A stretch of 63,142 nucleotides of DNA, counting the filler, from Trichomonas gallinae (Eukaryota), in assembly GCA_008369845.1 (NCBI GenBank). It is 7 parts of 7 records of this genome, joined end to end, with 100 filler letters (N's around TTAATTAATTAA, not from the genome) between each part and the next. Parts side by side here need not be neighbours in the genome. Positions count along the whole stretch, not along the records: positions 28,440 to 40,065 come from MRSU01001017.1; positions 40,166 to 45,813 come from MRSU01001018.1; 5 more parts are not named here. One strand, 5' to 3'. The notes beneath the pieces were generated by a model. The model made no database searches. It saw nothing but the letters and a program-made list of their open reading frames with translations, and was not told the DNA's origin. Positions 30,608 to 41,623 of the stretch are shown here, in pieces; position 1 is the stretch's first letter; every line of letters begins with the position of its first letter. Position numbers and translations under genes: made by a program.

Positions 30608-33600
30608 ATGGCGAAAGTTTTAAGTGATACTTATTTTAGTCGCGTTTCATCAGCTACACAAAAACAACCGCAGGATATCAACGAAATTGTATCTGCCCTT
30701 CAATCGTTCAGAAGCCAAATGTCTATGAAATGGATGGATCAATTTCTCGAAAACGATCCGGTTCAATCATTAGTTGAGACGTGGAAGCTTCTGTTTTCAC
30801 TATGCGACCACAAGGAGCCGATTGTCAGACTAAATTCTTACTCTTGCCTTGGCGCAATTATTGTCACGATTGCTCCTCTTTATCCAAAATTCGTTTCAGG
30901 ATCATTTTCACAAGCTGTTTTAGGTATTGAAGTATCTCCGAATGTTTCGATTGCTGTTATCAGCGCATTTACATATTTAATTCACTTCATCGCACCATAC
31001 GAAGTCGGAAACTTCATTCTCAATACGCCAGTTCTTCACCACTTCGGTATCGATGTCAGTCAATACATTCAACACTTACCTCACATCGTCGAATTAATGG
31101 GTCCGCTTGAAAAGCAGTTTCATCAAGCTTTATTACGCTCATTACTTATATCATTCGGCAGAAATCCAAATCACGCTTTCGTTGAAGTCGCCAACATATT
31201 AATTTCGATGAATCCTAAAATATTGATTCATGACACAATCGAATTTTCTCGATCGAACAACCTTAAGCAAATTATACTCGCACTTGGTCCAGAAATTTTA
31301 CAAAATCCAGTAATTTACAATGAAATTGTTGAAAATAATTATCTCGAAGATTTTCTCACGACATCTCTTTCAGTTCTCGAGTATGATTCATACAATCTTA
31401 CTGATTTCGAACGTGCTTCATCAACTCTCGTCTTAATTGCAAGAAATTCACCAGATCATTTAAATCAAATTCAAGAAGCAACTCAAAAATTGAATGTTCC
31501 TAAGCATTTGAAGAAGTTTTACGTTCTTCTTCCTGTTCCTCTATCAGAACTCATCCCAGAACAAAACGAATCAAGCACATTAACCTGCGCAAAACTGAAA
31601 GGATTTAAAGATTTCTTGATGAGAAACAATACATTGGAAAACGTCAAAAAAGTTGCTGAAATTTTCGTATCAATGTCAAAGAACTCAAGCGGTGATGTCT
31701 TCTGTGCTTTTTGCGAGTCATTCGGTGACTTGTTCAATTTGATTTACGAATATGAAGAAACTAAAAGCGATTTAAGTTTGATTTTAGACACAGTTTTCGA
31801 AATCAAGAACATAAACTGGGTTCAACAAGATGCAATCGTTAAATTACTGTCAAGATTGAATGTTAATCAAGCAGCAGCCATTGTCGATAGATATGTTAAC
31901 AAAGCGCAAGCATTTCTCTTAGATTGCTGCTTCTCATCGCAAGAATCTTTGTCGCAGAATTCGATCAAAGTTTTAACGAAATTCGCAACATTATTGACAA
32001 TTCCTCAGATCATGGCAAACATCTACAAATACGACTTCTTCAATATAGATATTGCGCTTAAAATAATCAGACTTGTAAATTCATTATTGATCGAATTCGG
32101 TCCATCAAAGCCTTTAGTTGACTTCACTTCAATGGTAGAAGATTTGATCATGTTGTTTGAAGACACTAAAATCTCATCAGAAGGCTTCGACTTCCTTTCA
32201 TCTATAAGACACGAGCCGAAGAATGCTTTGATATTAACAAGGGCCGCTGATTGGTTAAACGCAATATTTTTGTCATTCACGCAGAAAGAATTAGTTATGG
32301 CTTTCGAATTCAACAAGATTGAAGTTCCAAATTACTTGACACAAGTTGAAACAGACTTGGTTGCTAATGTTTTACCAAATACTAAACAAGCAGTGCCAGG
32401 TATCATTTCAACATTCAGATACATGATCAATACTAAAATGATCAATATGAAAGTCATTTCACAATTCGCTGTACAAATTTTGAAATTATTCCCACATGAT
32501 ATTACATATTTATGCATGCAGAAACTTGACACGTCATCACAGGAATTCTTGCACCTTTCAATGGGTGTTTTGAAGATAATGAACTGGTGCTCATCAATTG
32601 AGGCAGCTGCAGCATGTTGTGACTTTTTGGTTCAGTCGCCAAAAATCATCATTGATGGTGCATCACAAAATGCTCAAGCAATTCTTGAGAGTGGACGTGT
32701 TTCCAGCGGTGATCATTTATTCAGGTTATATAGAATCATCAACATGTTCCAGAGAGATCTGGCAGATGAGCTGGCTGTTAAATACAAAGGATTTTTGTCA
32801 AATGGAGAAAAAGTTTTATTTGACTTGAAGCAGGGCAAGAAAGATGAAATTATTGATTTTGTTTCTAAAGAGAATTTCGAAGACGTTAACATCGCTGATT
32901 TAGATTTGCAGAACTATTTATCAGGAGTCGAAAACAAAAACTTTTTGCATGTCAAAGATTTCACAAGTTTGTCAAATACTCATTGGAAATATATCGCGAA
33001 AAATTCATCGCAGTTTGACGATGACGTCAGAAAATACATCGATGAACATCCCTATCAGATGAATCATTACATTGATAATGTTGATCCACCGAAAGTTTTC
33101 GTTTACACACAAGAAAAAGGCAGCAAGATTTCTTCTTTAGCTCCAAGACTGTTGAATGGAACATTCCAGTTCAATGCTCCATTGTTGACTAATTTCTTCA
33201 AGTATTCATTCATCAAGATCAAAGAAGATATCATTGGCCCGATATTATATGAAGCACTGAGAAAAATCGATCAGCCGGGAGTTTCTGATTTATGTGCTTT
33301 CATTGTTGAATACTGCAACAAGAATAAAATAAATATACCAGAGTCTGCAGTTTTGAGCTTATTGCCAGTAGAAAATTCAAGATTAATGAAGAATATTATT
33401 AGGTTATCAATTGATGCTGAATATAAAGACAAGATTCGTGACAAAGCTTTCGAAATCTTGAATTTGAGTCAGGACAACAGTCTCCTTAATTCATTGGAAT
33501 TCGGAACAGCTGTCAAATTAATTGACATTGCTTTCTTCTTGGTGTCAGATTCTCAGTTCACTTCATTTTTGTCACAGAATGGTACATCAAAGAAATCTAT

Positions 33601-34858
33601 TATATTGGTAACGAAGGCATTGCAGAGATATGAAGTATCGAACAATTCATTGCAGAGCATTTGCAATTTCATTATTGAAAACTTGGAAGTTTTAGGAGAA
33701 AAGCCGAAGAAATTACAAAGAGCAATGAGATTATTGAGAATTGCAGTTTCCAGATTATCAGACTCCAAAGCTTCTGACAAGAAATCTGTTTTAGAAGAAA
33801 TTGCAGAAAAACTCGAAAAGCTGACAATTGTTAATACATCAGACTGCGTAGTTCACAACGAAATTGCAGGAATATTCAATGAATTAATGAAATGCGTTGT
33901 CCCAACACAAAACACAATTTCTTTCATCGATAAAACTGACGCAACTTTAGGGAATCATTCTCCATATCTACCAGACATTTTCACAATTTTCTGTCTCGGA
34001 CAGCAGTTAAATAGAGCATCAAGATATATTTTAACACAGTTATTCGAATCTCCATTAAGATCAGAGCAAGTTTTGGCGCTGAGAATTTGTTTGTCATTAG
34101 TTTCTAAGACTGCAAACGCACTGGCTTACAATTTATTCTCGTCTGTTTTGGCAAACTTTTTGAAGTCAATAACAATTTCACCGGAAAGTGAAGCCATTTT
34201 CTGGCCATTCCCAGAGATAAGCAGTGTCATCATAAGGAGATCCATTGCTCATCCGAAGTTCAACGAGTTCAAAGACAACTTCTTGAAGAGTGTCATCAAT
34301 TCTGTTCTTCCTAATCCAAATCTTGCTGCTTTGTCTTCATTATCTGTGGCATTTGGTGATGTTATTTTGTGCATGCCTCCTCCTCTTCCTACTGCTGCTG
34401 AATACGCAGAGAAATTTGCTAGATACAACTGCCAGAGCCCTCACTTCGCATCGATATTCAAGCCATTCTGCGCATGGCAACTCAAATACGCTCAATCTGA
34501 AGAAGATTCAGCAAACATTTGGCTGGAAGCTGTTAATTCTAACCAGAAAGCATTTATTGCACGCCCATGCCTTCAGACAGCTATAGAACTTGCTGATTCT
34601 GTTGCCGCAAGATTCGATAGTGAAGAGTCTGCATTCCTTCTTGTTGGAAAGCTTGCTTTGTTACAGAATCCATTCATTTGGACATATTTGTGCATTGCAA
34701 TGTATTTGAGGAGATCAGAGGATAATGCCGGTGAGTCTATAATAAGACTTGCTACAGATGTTGCTGATGCTATGCCGTCGAAAGAACGCTTTGAGGCAAT
34801 TAAGCATCTATGCGAAGGCCGTATTATGAAAGGAGCACTTATTGCATCTAACTGTTAA
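30608..34858 (+). CDS. Large HEAT/alpha-solenoid hypothetical protein
   Basis: About 1416 aa; HEAT-like LCDHKEPIVRLNSYSCLGAI and NWVQQ..LL. Confidence 0.85.
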   Translation: MAKVLSDTYFSRVSSATQKQPQDINEIVSALQSFRSQMSMKWMDQFLENDPVQSLVETWKLLFSLCDHKEPIVRLNSYSCLGAIIVTIAPLYPKFVSGSFSQAVLGIEVSPNVSIAVISAFTYLIHFIAPYEVGNFILNTPVLHHFGIDVSQYIQHLPHIVELMGPLEKQFHQALLRSLLISFGRNPNHAFVEVANILISMNPKILIHDTIEFSRSNNLKQIILALGPEILQNPVIYNEIVENNYLEDFLTTSLSVLEYDSYNLTDFERASSTLVLIARNSPDHLNQIQEATQKLNVPKHLKKFYVLLPVPLSELIPEQNESSTLTCAKLKGFKDFLMRNNTLENVKKVAEIFVSMSKNSSGDVFCAFCESFGDLFNLIYEYEETKSDLSLILDTVFEIKNINWVQQDAIVKLLSRLNVNQAAAIVDRYVNKAQAFLLDCCFSSQESLSQNSIKVLTKFATLLTIPQIMANIYKYDFFNIDIALKIIRLVNSLLIEFGPSKPLVDFTSMVEDLIMLFEDTKISSEGFDFLSSIRHEPKNALILTRAADWLNAIFLSFTQKELVMAFEFNKIEVPNYLTQVETDLVANVLPNTKQAVPGIISTFRYMINTKMINMKVISQFAVQILKLFPHDITYLCMQKLDTSSQEFLHLSMGVLKIMNWCSSIEAAAACCDFLVQSPKIIIDGASQNAQAILESGRVSSGDHLFRLYRIINMFQRDLADELAVKYKGFLSNGEKVLFDLKQGKKDEIIDFVSKENFEDVNIADLDLQNYLSGVENKNFLHVKDFTSLSNTHWKYIAKNSSQFDDDVRKYIDEHPYQMNHYIDNVDPPKVFVYTQEKGSKISSLAPRLLNGTFQFNAPLLTNFFKYSFIKIKEDIIGPILYEALRKIDQPGVSDLCAFIVEYCNKNKINIPESAVLSLLPVENSRLMKNIIRLSIDAEYKDKIRDKAFEILNLSQDNSLLNSLEFGTAVKLIDIAFFLVSDSQFTSFLSQNGTSKKSIILVTKALQRYEVSNNSLQSICNFIIENLEVLGEKPKKLQRAMRLLRIAVSRLSDSKASDKKSVLEEIAEKLEKLTIVNTSDCVVHNEIAGIFNELMKCVVPTQNTISFIDKTDATLGNHSPYLPDIFTIFCLGQQLNRASRYILTQLFESPLRSEQVLALRICLSLVSKTANALAYNLFSSVLANFLKSITISPESEAIFWPFPEISSVIIRRSIAHPKFNEFKDNFLKSVINSVLPNPNLAALSSLSVAFGDVILCMPPPLPTAAEYAEKFARYNCQSPHFASIFKPFCAWQLKYAQSEEDSANIWLEAVNSNQKAFIARPCLQTAIELADSVAARFDSEESAFLLVGKLALLQNPFIWTYLCIAMYLRRSEDNAGESIIRLATDVADAMPSKERFEAIKHLCEGRIMKGALIASNC

Positions 34859-34908
34859 ATAATTATATTTGTATATAAACAACTATTCTTTTTTACCCAC
34901 AATATTTA

Positions 34909-35235
34909 TTAACAGATAATGCAAAAGATATGATTGATATGTATTAATTCTGAATCATTTTTATAATTTTTAGTAAATTTACTATTTTCTACGAATAAGT
35001 TTGTCGATGCACTTCTTCCAATTAAATGAATCGAGCCATTTTTCAAATTGTCAAATTCACATCTTGAAATATGATAGGATGATGCTTGGGAATCCTCTAG
35101 CTTCTCTCTTTTCCCGTAATATTCAATTGGATAGCCATCAAAATATCTTGACCAATAACAATGGCGTAAAAGTTGAATATCATTCAATATTATGAAAAAA
35201 TTGAGACACATTAAAAATAACGAAATTTTATGCAA
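34909..35235 (-). pseudogene. Possible truncated fragment of a secreted beta-helix-like gene family
   Basis: 108-codon ORF with a hydrophobic start and ISRCEFDNL../FVENSKFTKN patterns; no ATG start. Confidence 0.3.
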
Positions 35236-35524
35236 TAACGAAAATTATTTATATTTCTAAGAAATTTTGTTGGAAATTTTCCCCAATGTCAAATTTCATT
35301 CTTTACATGTCAAAAATATAACTATTTGCCAACATTTAATAACAGAATTCATCGTTAAAATTTTTAGCATGTAAACATTGTATACATAACATATTTTAAA
35401 TTTCAGATGTTTTTATTCAATGAAATTTAATTTGGCAAAAAGATTGGACAAAAAACAAAATTATTATTGTAAATATTCATTAAACATCGCCTGTTATTGT
35501 TTTATCTGTTCCAAATTTATCAAA

Positions 35525-36967
35525 ATGGATTTAGAGCTAAAGTCTTCTGCATCCGAATACACAGAAATATCAAAAGAAGACAGTTTACTTGGTGGCCACA
35601 GTCCCTTCATTACAGTGATGAGATTGAACATACCTGGATTCATATTTGCTATTACACATGTTATCCAAGATATGTTGGATCTTTATTTCATTAAAGATGG
35701 ATATGGACCAGACGGAGTAACAGTTGTTAGTATCTGTTCAATCATAAGAGTGCTGGTTATTGGCTTTACAAGCTGTTATTCTCAAGGAATTCACAGAACG
35801 TTTACAGAGCTCTTTACAAAGCACGATAATGAACAAACTGGCGAATTATACGTCGAAATGATACGATTTAACGTGATTTTAAGCATTTTTATGACAATTT
35901 TAATGAAATTTCTTACAAGACCATTGATTTCGAGGATGGGAATACCATCAAATCTGCTAAGTTATGCTGAAAACTACCTTTTACCTATTAATTTCCTTCC
36001 TATCTTCATATCAATGCTATTTTTAAATACTGGTGTTTTATTAGCATCAGGAAGAGCAATTCTCGCTGGATTTATGTCTACAATGATCTATGTACTATCA
36101 TTAGCATTCACTCCAATAGTTATTTACGCTCTAAAATTAAACATGAATTATATCGGCTGCGCTTTTGCAGGTGGACCGATGACTATATCAGTGATCTTGT
36201 TCATTCTATTCGTTTCAAACTGTTTCAAGTTCATTAGACCGCGTTGGAAAGCATTTTTCAAAAAACCTTCGAAATACTTTTGGACGTTGATGAGACTGAA
36301 TCTTCCAAGTCTTAATTCAACAGCTCTGAGCACAATATCTCCTATTATCTTTACAATGCTTATCAAAAAAGTATCAACAGACGAAAAAACGATTGCGAAA
36401 ATTTGCACGATTTATTCAACGACAATGAAAATTATGAGCTACTTAAATCTTTGCGTTTCGACTGGCATCGGCGGGCTTATTTCATCTGCAACGTATGCGT
36501 TGTGTAAGAACGACAAGAAGAGATTCAGGGCCATCATTTTGTGGACATTGTTGATTCCTATATCAATTACTGTAATTATTTCTTCGATAATGATTTTTGA
36601 TCCATATTTGATTCTCCATTTATGGATCAAAGAAAAGGACTCTTATATACGAAAGATATCTCCAATTCCATACTACTCTGCTATATTGGATGTAATCTCT
36701 CAGATCTTTTTGAACATGATCATTGTTTATGAACATGGAGGACTCGCTTCAATCTCTCCTTTCGTTAAGTCTGGCGGTTTGCTCATTCCTGCTGTTTTAT
36801 TCCAAAAGTTTGCTGAAGAAAAAGTATGGATTATGTATTCATATAACGTCCAAGACATCTGCAGCTTTTTAGTCACGCTGATTATTTTATTGTACTCGGT
36901 GAAAGACTACAAGAAGCGTCAAGGAAATCTTCTCCTTGGAAGCGAATTAACTAGAAATTTAGAATAG
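35525..36967 (+). CDS. MATE-family efflux transporter, copy 1
   Basis: About 12 TM; starts MDLELK; MRLNIP..QDMLDLYFI pattern. Confidence 0.85.
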   Translation: MDLELKSSASEYTEISKEDSLLGGHSPFITVMRLNIPGFIFAITHVIQDMLDLYFIKDGYGPDGVTVVSICSIIRVLVIGFTSCYSQGIHRTFTELFTKHDNEQTGELYVEMIRFNVILSIFMTILMKFLTRPLISRMGIPSNLLSYAENYLLPINFLPIFISMLFLNTGVLLASGRAILAGFMSTMIYVLSLAFTPIVIYALKLNMNYIGCAFAGGPMTISVILFILFVSNCFKFIRPRWKAFFKKPSKYFWTLMRLNLPSLNSTALSTISPIIFTMLIKKVSTDEKTIAKICTIYSTTMKIMSYLNLCVSTGIGGLISSATYALCKNDKKRFRAIILWTLLIPISITVIISSIMIFDPYLILHLWIKEKDSYIRKISPIPYYSAILDVISQIFLNMIIVYEHGGLASISPFVKSGGLLIPAVLFQKFAEEKVWIMYSYNVQDICSFLVTLIILLYSVKDYKKRQGNLLLGSELTRNLE

Positions 36968-37999
36968 AAAATCTATCATTTGTTTTTCGAGCATTTTTAA
37001 AAAGCAGGAAAACGAACAATAAAAGATTATAGTATGAAAATAGCAAATTACTTTCCTTAAGTACCATCTTCTTGTTAGTTCTATAGAATAATAATCAAAT
37101 CATGAATAAAATATTAGAAGTAAATTTTTCTTGGTGTTTTCAAGCACATTATTGGATTGATTCATTATTATAATATGATGGAGATTGTGTGCTTACAAAC
37201 TTGTTATTTTATATATTAAAATAATATATTAGAGCATTATAACTAACGAATATCAGGAATTTCAGAGCTCAATCAATGACGATAAAAAAAAATGATTTAT
37301 TTTCTCGATGACATAGAAGTAGAATTGCATCACCAACACAGAATATCGAATGACTATATAGGGTATTCATATTCAAATTCCTACACAGGTGGAATTTGGT
37401 CAAAAAATGGACATTAATTTTCTTCACCTAGCAATATATTTAGCATTATTTCCATGATATCATGATGGTAATAATATCGTCAGATATTCAACATTCTACG
37501 TATAAAATTTAATCAAAATTAACTTGAAAAAATCAAATTTATGATATTTAAAGAAAAATCTTGATGATAAATATTTTTAAATGTCATAAATGAATATTTG
37601 AGCTATCATTACTAGCAAACCGTTTTTTATTTTGAAAAAAAATTGAAAAACTATTCAAAATGAAAAGATTTTGATGAACTACGAAAATCATTCATATTTT
37701 CTTCATCAAGATAAGAAAAAGGCGAATCATGAGATAAATTTCGCTCTATGAATTTTTGAAGGAAAATTTCTTAGTTTACATGTCAAAAAATTATATGTAT
37801 GGCAAAACTAATTATATAGTTGTATCGTTGTCGCCATTGTGGTAATCTATGCATGTAAATGAAATATTTTCAATATTGGATATTATTTGTCCATGAAAAT
37901 TAAATTTGCCAATTTGATTCAATGATTGGCTATAATTAACGTTGTTAATCTACATTAAACATCACCTATTATCACTATATTTATTCCAAATTTATCAGA

Positions 38000-39415
38000 A
38001 TGGATATAGAACTAAAGTCATCTTCGACAGACTACACAGAAATCACTAAGGAAGATGATTTACTTGGCAATAAAAGCCCTTTCCTTACAGTAATGAGATT
38101 AAACATACCAGGATTCTTATTCGCTCTTTCTCACGTTGTCCAAGATTCGTTGGATCTTTATTTCATTAAGAATGGATATGGATCTGACGGTGTAACAGTA
38201 GTAAGCATCTCAGCGATTATAAGAATGCTGATTGTAGGCTTCTCAAGTTGTTATTCACAAGGAATTACTCGAAAGTTCACAGAACTCTTTACAAAGCATG
38301 AACATGAACAAATTGGCGAATTATTCGTCGAATTGATACGATTTAATATAATTTTAAGCATATTTATGACATTATTAATGAAATTTATTACAAAACCTTT
38401 AATTTCAAAAATGGGAATACCATCGAACTTGCTCAGTGCAGCTGAAAACTACCTTTTACCTATCACTTTCCTTCCAATCTTTGTTTCTACACTATTCTTA
38501 ACTGCAGGAATTTTATTAGCGTCAGGCAGATCAATTCTATCAGGATTCATGTCTATTATGAGCTATTTACTATCATTAGTATTTGATCCAATCATAATTT
38601 ACGTTCTAAAATTGAATTTGAATTATATTGGAATTGCTTTTGCAGCAGGGCCAGTGATTATATCAGTAATATTATTTATTCCGTTTGTGTCAAACTCATT
38701 CAAGTTCATTCAGCCTCGCTGGAAAGCATTTTTCAAAAAACCATCGAAAAACTTCGGGTCATTGATGAAACTGACTCTTCCTTTGCTAAACACGACAGCT
38801 TTGGGCACAATAGCGCCAATCATCTTCACGATGCTCATCAAAAAGATTTCCAAAGATGAAGCAACGACAGCAAAAATCTGCACAATTTATTCAACGACAA
38901 TGAAAGTCCACATGTACCTGTTTCTTTGTGTTACATCAGGGATTGGCGGCCTGATTCCTTCTGCCACATATGCATTGTGCAAGAACGACAAGAAACGATT
39001 CAAGGAGATTATTTTGTGGACATTGTTGATTCCTGCTTCAATTACTTTCGTTATTGCTTCTATTATGATCATCAATCCATACCTCATCCTTCAGATTTGG
39101 GTCAAAGAAAAAGATCCGGTCATAAAAGTGATTTCTCCTGTTCCTTTCTATTCAGATGCATTAGATGTCATCACGCAAATACTTTTGTCGATGATCATCG
39201 TTTATAATCACGGCTGGCTTGCTTCCATCTCTCCTTTCGTTAAGGCCGCTGCCCTTCTCATCCCTGCTGTTCTATTCCAGAAGTATGCTGTCAAGAAAGT
39301 CTGGATCATGCATTCATACAACATTCAAGACATCTGTAGCTTTTCAGTCACGTTGATCATTCTTCTGTACTCAATGAAAGACTACAAGAAACGTCAGGAA
39401 AATCTTCTCTTATGA
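38000..39415 (+). CDS. MATE-family efflux transporter, copy 2 (tandem paralog)
   Basis: Colinear, high similarity to 35525-36967 over its full length. Confidence 0.85.
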   Translation: MDIELKSSSTDYTEITKEDDLLGNKSPFLTVMRLNIPGFLFALSHVVQDSLDLYFIKNGYGSDGVTVVSISAIIRMLIVGFSSCYSQGITRKFTELFTKHEHEQIGELFVELIRFNIILSIFMTLLMKFITKPLISKMGIPSNLLSAAENYLLPITFLPIFVSTLFLTAGILLASGRSILSGFMSIMSYLLSLVFDPIIIYVLKLNLNYIGIAFAAGPVIISVILFIPFVSNSFKFIQPRWKAFFKKPSKNFGSLMKLTLPLLNTTALGTIAPIIFTMLIKKISKDEATTAKICTIYSTTMKVHMYLFLCVTSGIGGLIPSATYALCKNDKKRFKEIILWTLLIPASITFVIASIMIINPYLILQIWVKEKDPVIKVISPVPFYSDALDVITQILLSMIIVYNHGWLASISPFVKAAALLIPAVLFQKYAVKKVWIMHSYNIQDICSFSVTLIILLYSMKDYKKRQENLLL

Positions 39416-39732
39416 AGCGATTTACTTTAGAAATATTCATTTTTCAATAATCGATTGATTCTGAAATGTTAATAACAATGTTTTTTATTATGCATAATCA
39501 CTAAACACAGCTGTTTATTAGTTATATTTAAATAAACTTGTTTCCCTAATTTAAGTGACTCTTATTTATTTAATAAAGCAAATAATTTTCAAAATTGACA
39601 AATTATGGGCGGTAAGACTTGTTTGTATATTTAAATTGATAGCATGAGTATTATGATTGGAATTAAAATAATAACAGCTACAAATCACATTTAAATTTTT
39701 CTATTATCAATTAAGTCTTAATATATGACAAT

Positions 39733-40065
39733 TGTAAGAGTGTTTTAAATCGAAAACACACTAGGATATGATGGTTCAGGTATGAGAAAGTATGTCAAGA
39801 GTAATAATATGTCAAATTATCCATATTTTATATACAACGAATTTGATGAGAATAAATTTAATATGATTTTAATTGTTTTTACAGGCCATGTATTTTTGAT
39901 GAATACATTAGTAGTATATGTGTGTGTTTTTTGCTTGAAATCATTTAGCATTCGAGTGAATCACGCTTCATGTTTTTGAAAAGTTACAAATCATGGGTGC
40001 ATTAAATCGAGTCTAGAGGGCAATGTACTAGTATCTATGCAATCTACATAGGGTATCATTTGTTT
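39733..40065 (-). repeat. Dispersed repeat, copy 2, running into a gap
   Basis: Reverse complement aligns with 1792-2115. Confidence 0.85.
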
Positions 40066-40165
40066 NNNNNNNNNNNNNNNNNNNNNNNNNNNNNNNNNNN
40101 NNNNNNNNNTTAATTAATTAANNNNNNNNNNNNNNNNNNNNNNNNNNNNNNNNNNNNNNNNNNNN
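40066..40165. other. Artificial contig linker
   Basis: N-TTAATTAATTAA-N. Confidence 0.98.
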
Positions 40166-40413
40166 GGCCAAATAGCGGTCTATCGTCTATTTTGGATGAC
40201 CTCTCCAAAAGTGAGTATTAGGACCGATTAATTAAAAAAATTAAGCGAGAGAATTATTTTTTAGATGATACTAGCACAACGTGCAAAGTGGTGCATATTG
40301 TTAGCGCATTAGATCTCTTCAAAAAGTGAGTTTATTTTTCTGGGGAAAATGATAATTTTCAATACCACATTGAAAAATTGAGACCTCTATTCGGTCGCGT
40401 AGCGGACCCTTAA
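40166..40413. mobile_element. Possible DNA transposon terminus (Kolobok-like CC|TTAA)
   Basis: Non-coding, GC-richer contig start ending in gcggaccc followed by ttaa. Confidence 0.25.
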
Positions 40414-40527
40414 TTACATAATCTATCTGTATCTTATTTTAATTCGATTTTGTAAACTGTTTACGTGTCAAAAATCGTGTAAAATTTATTTACAAAGCAA
40501 AAAAGGTAAAAGTAAACGGTCTCAATC

Positions 40528-41517
40528 ATGTGTGAGCTTCTCTTGCCCAACAGGATTCCGGGTACTGATCACTACACGAAGCATGATGAACAGGATTTTA
40601 TGAATCCATTTCAGATGTCTTTGATGGCGCCTGATAGTCCCGATTATCTGAACATATCAACGGATTCGTTCGATAGGATATATTTTTCAAATCCATCGAA
40701 TACCGTTGATAACTGTAGAGAATATACTGATCAAGTATGTAGTTACCTTCAGCAGCATGAAAATGAGATCTATCAAGCTCCAAAGAAGATTTCAATTTTT
40801 AAAGAAGATCGCGCTGCACTGATTGATTGGATTTTATGGGTCTGCTATGAATTTAACTTCACTGATGAAACATTCTTCTCAGCAATTACTATAATAGATA
40901 AGATCTTCCAAGAGATTTCAACTGAAAGATCTCATTTGCAGTTTTACGGAGCAAATGCAATATGGATTGCTAGTAAACTCAATGAAACGCAAAATCCTTC
41001 TGTCGAGGACTTCGTTTGCCTCTGCAATTACGAATTTAAAGCAGAAGAATTTTGTCAGTTCGAAAAGAAGATTTTGACACTGTGTCACTTCAACATTATC
41101 GAACCTACAACTGATTCATTTACATCTGCGTTCTTAAGTCAGATTCCATCAGATCCGAATTTTATTGATTGCGCAAAAATGCTTATGTATGCATCAGTTT
41201 ATTCACCTGACCATGTAAATTTAAAGCCCTCGCATGATGGATTGGCAGTAATTACTGTTTCTAAGCAAATTACTGATTATCCAATGAATTTAGTTGTAAT
41301 TCCACGTTCTCTTCAGTATTTTGAGGAAAATGAACTAAATCAGGCTACATTGTCCCTATTGGACGGCCTCAAAATTGCTGTTTCATCCCGAAATAACTCA
41401 TTTTTCATGAAATTCGCTGATTTCTTGCAATACAATACCATTGATTATGATAATATCATAGAGAAGACTCAGGGACTAATTGCTACAAACTCCCTTTCAT
41501 CATCTTTAGAATCATAA
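40528..41517 (+). CDS. Cyclin (A/B-like cyclin box)
   Basis: RAALIDWI..ETFFSAITIID..LQFYGANAIWIASKLNE..FEKKIL. Confidence 0.92.
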   Translation: MCELLLPNRIPGTDHYTKHDEQDFMNPFQMSLMAPDSPDYLNISTDSFDRIYFSNPSNTVDNCREYTDQVCSYLQQHENEIYQAPKKISIFKEDRAALIDWILWVCYEFNFTDETFFSAITIIDKIFQEISTERSHLQFYGANAIWIASKLNETQNPSVEDFVCLCNYEFKAEEFCQFEKKILTLCHFNIIEPTTDSFTSAFLSQIPSDPNFIDCAKMLMYASVYSPDHVNLKPSHDGLAVITVSKQITDYPMNLVVIPRSLQYFEENELNQATLSLLDGLKIAVSSRNNSFFMKFADFLQYNTIDYDNIIEKTQGLIATNSLSSSLES

Positions 41518-41623
41518 AATATTTTTTTTTAGATTTTCGACTTTTCTTTTGTAATTTGTAATAATACTAATGATAAAACAAATAATTTAAACAAAAAATC
41601 ACAACAAAAATATAATATTCTAT

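Noticed and set aside
39782..39979. 65-aa ORF
   Set aside because: Lies inside the dispersed repeat and has no recognisable protein motif
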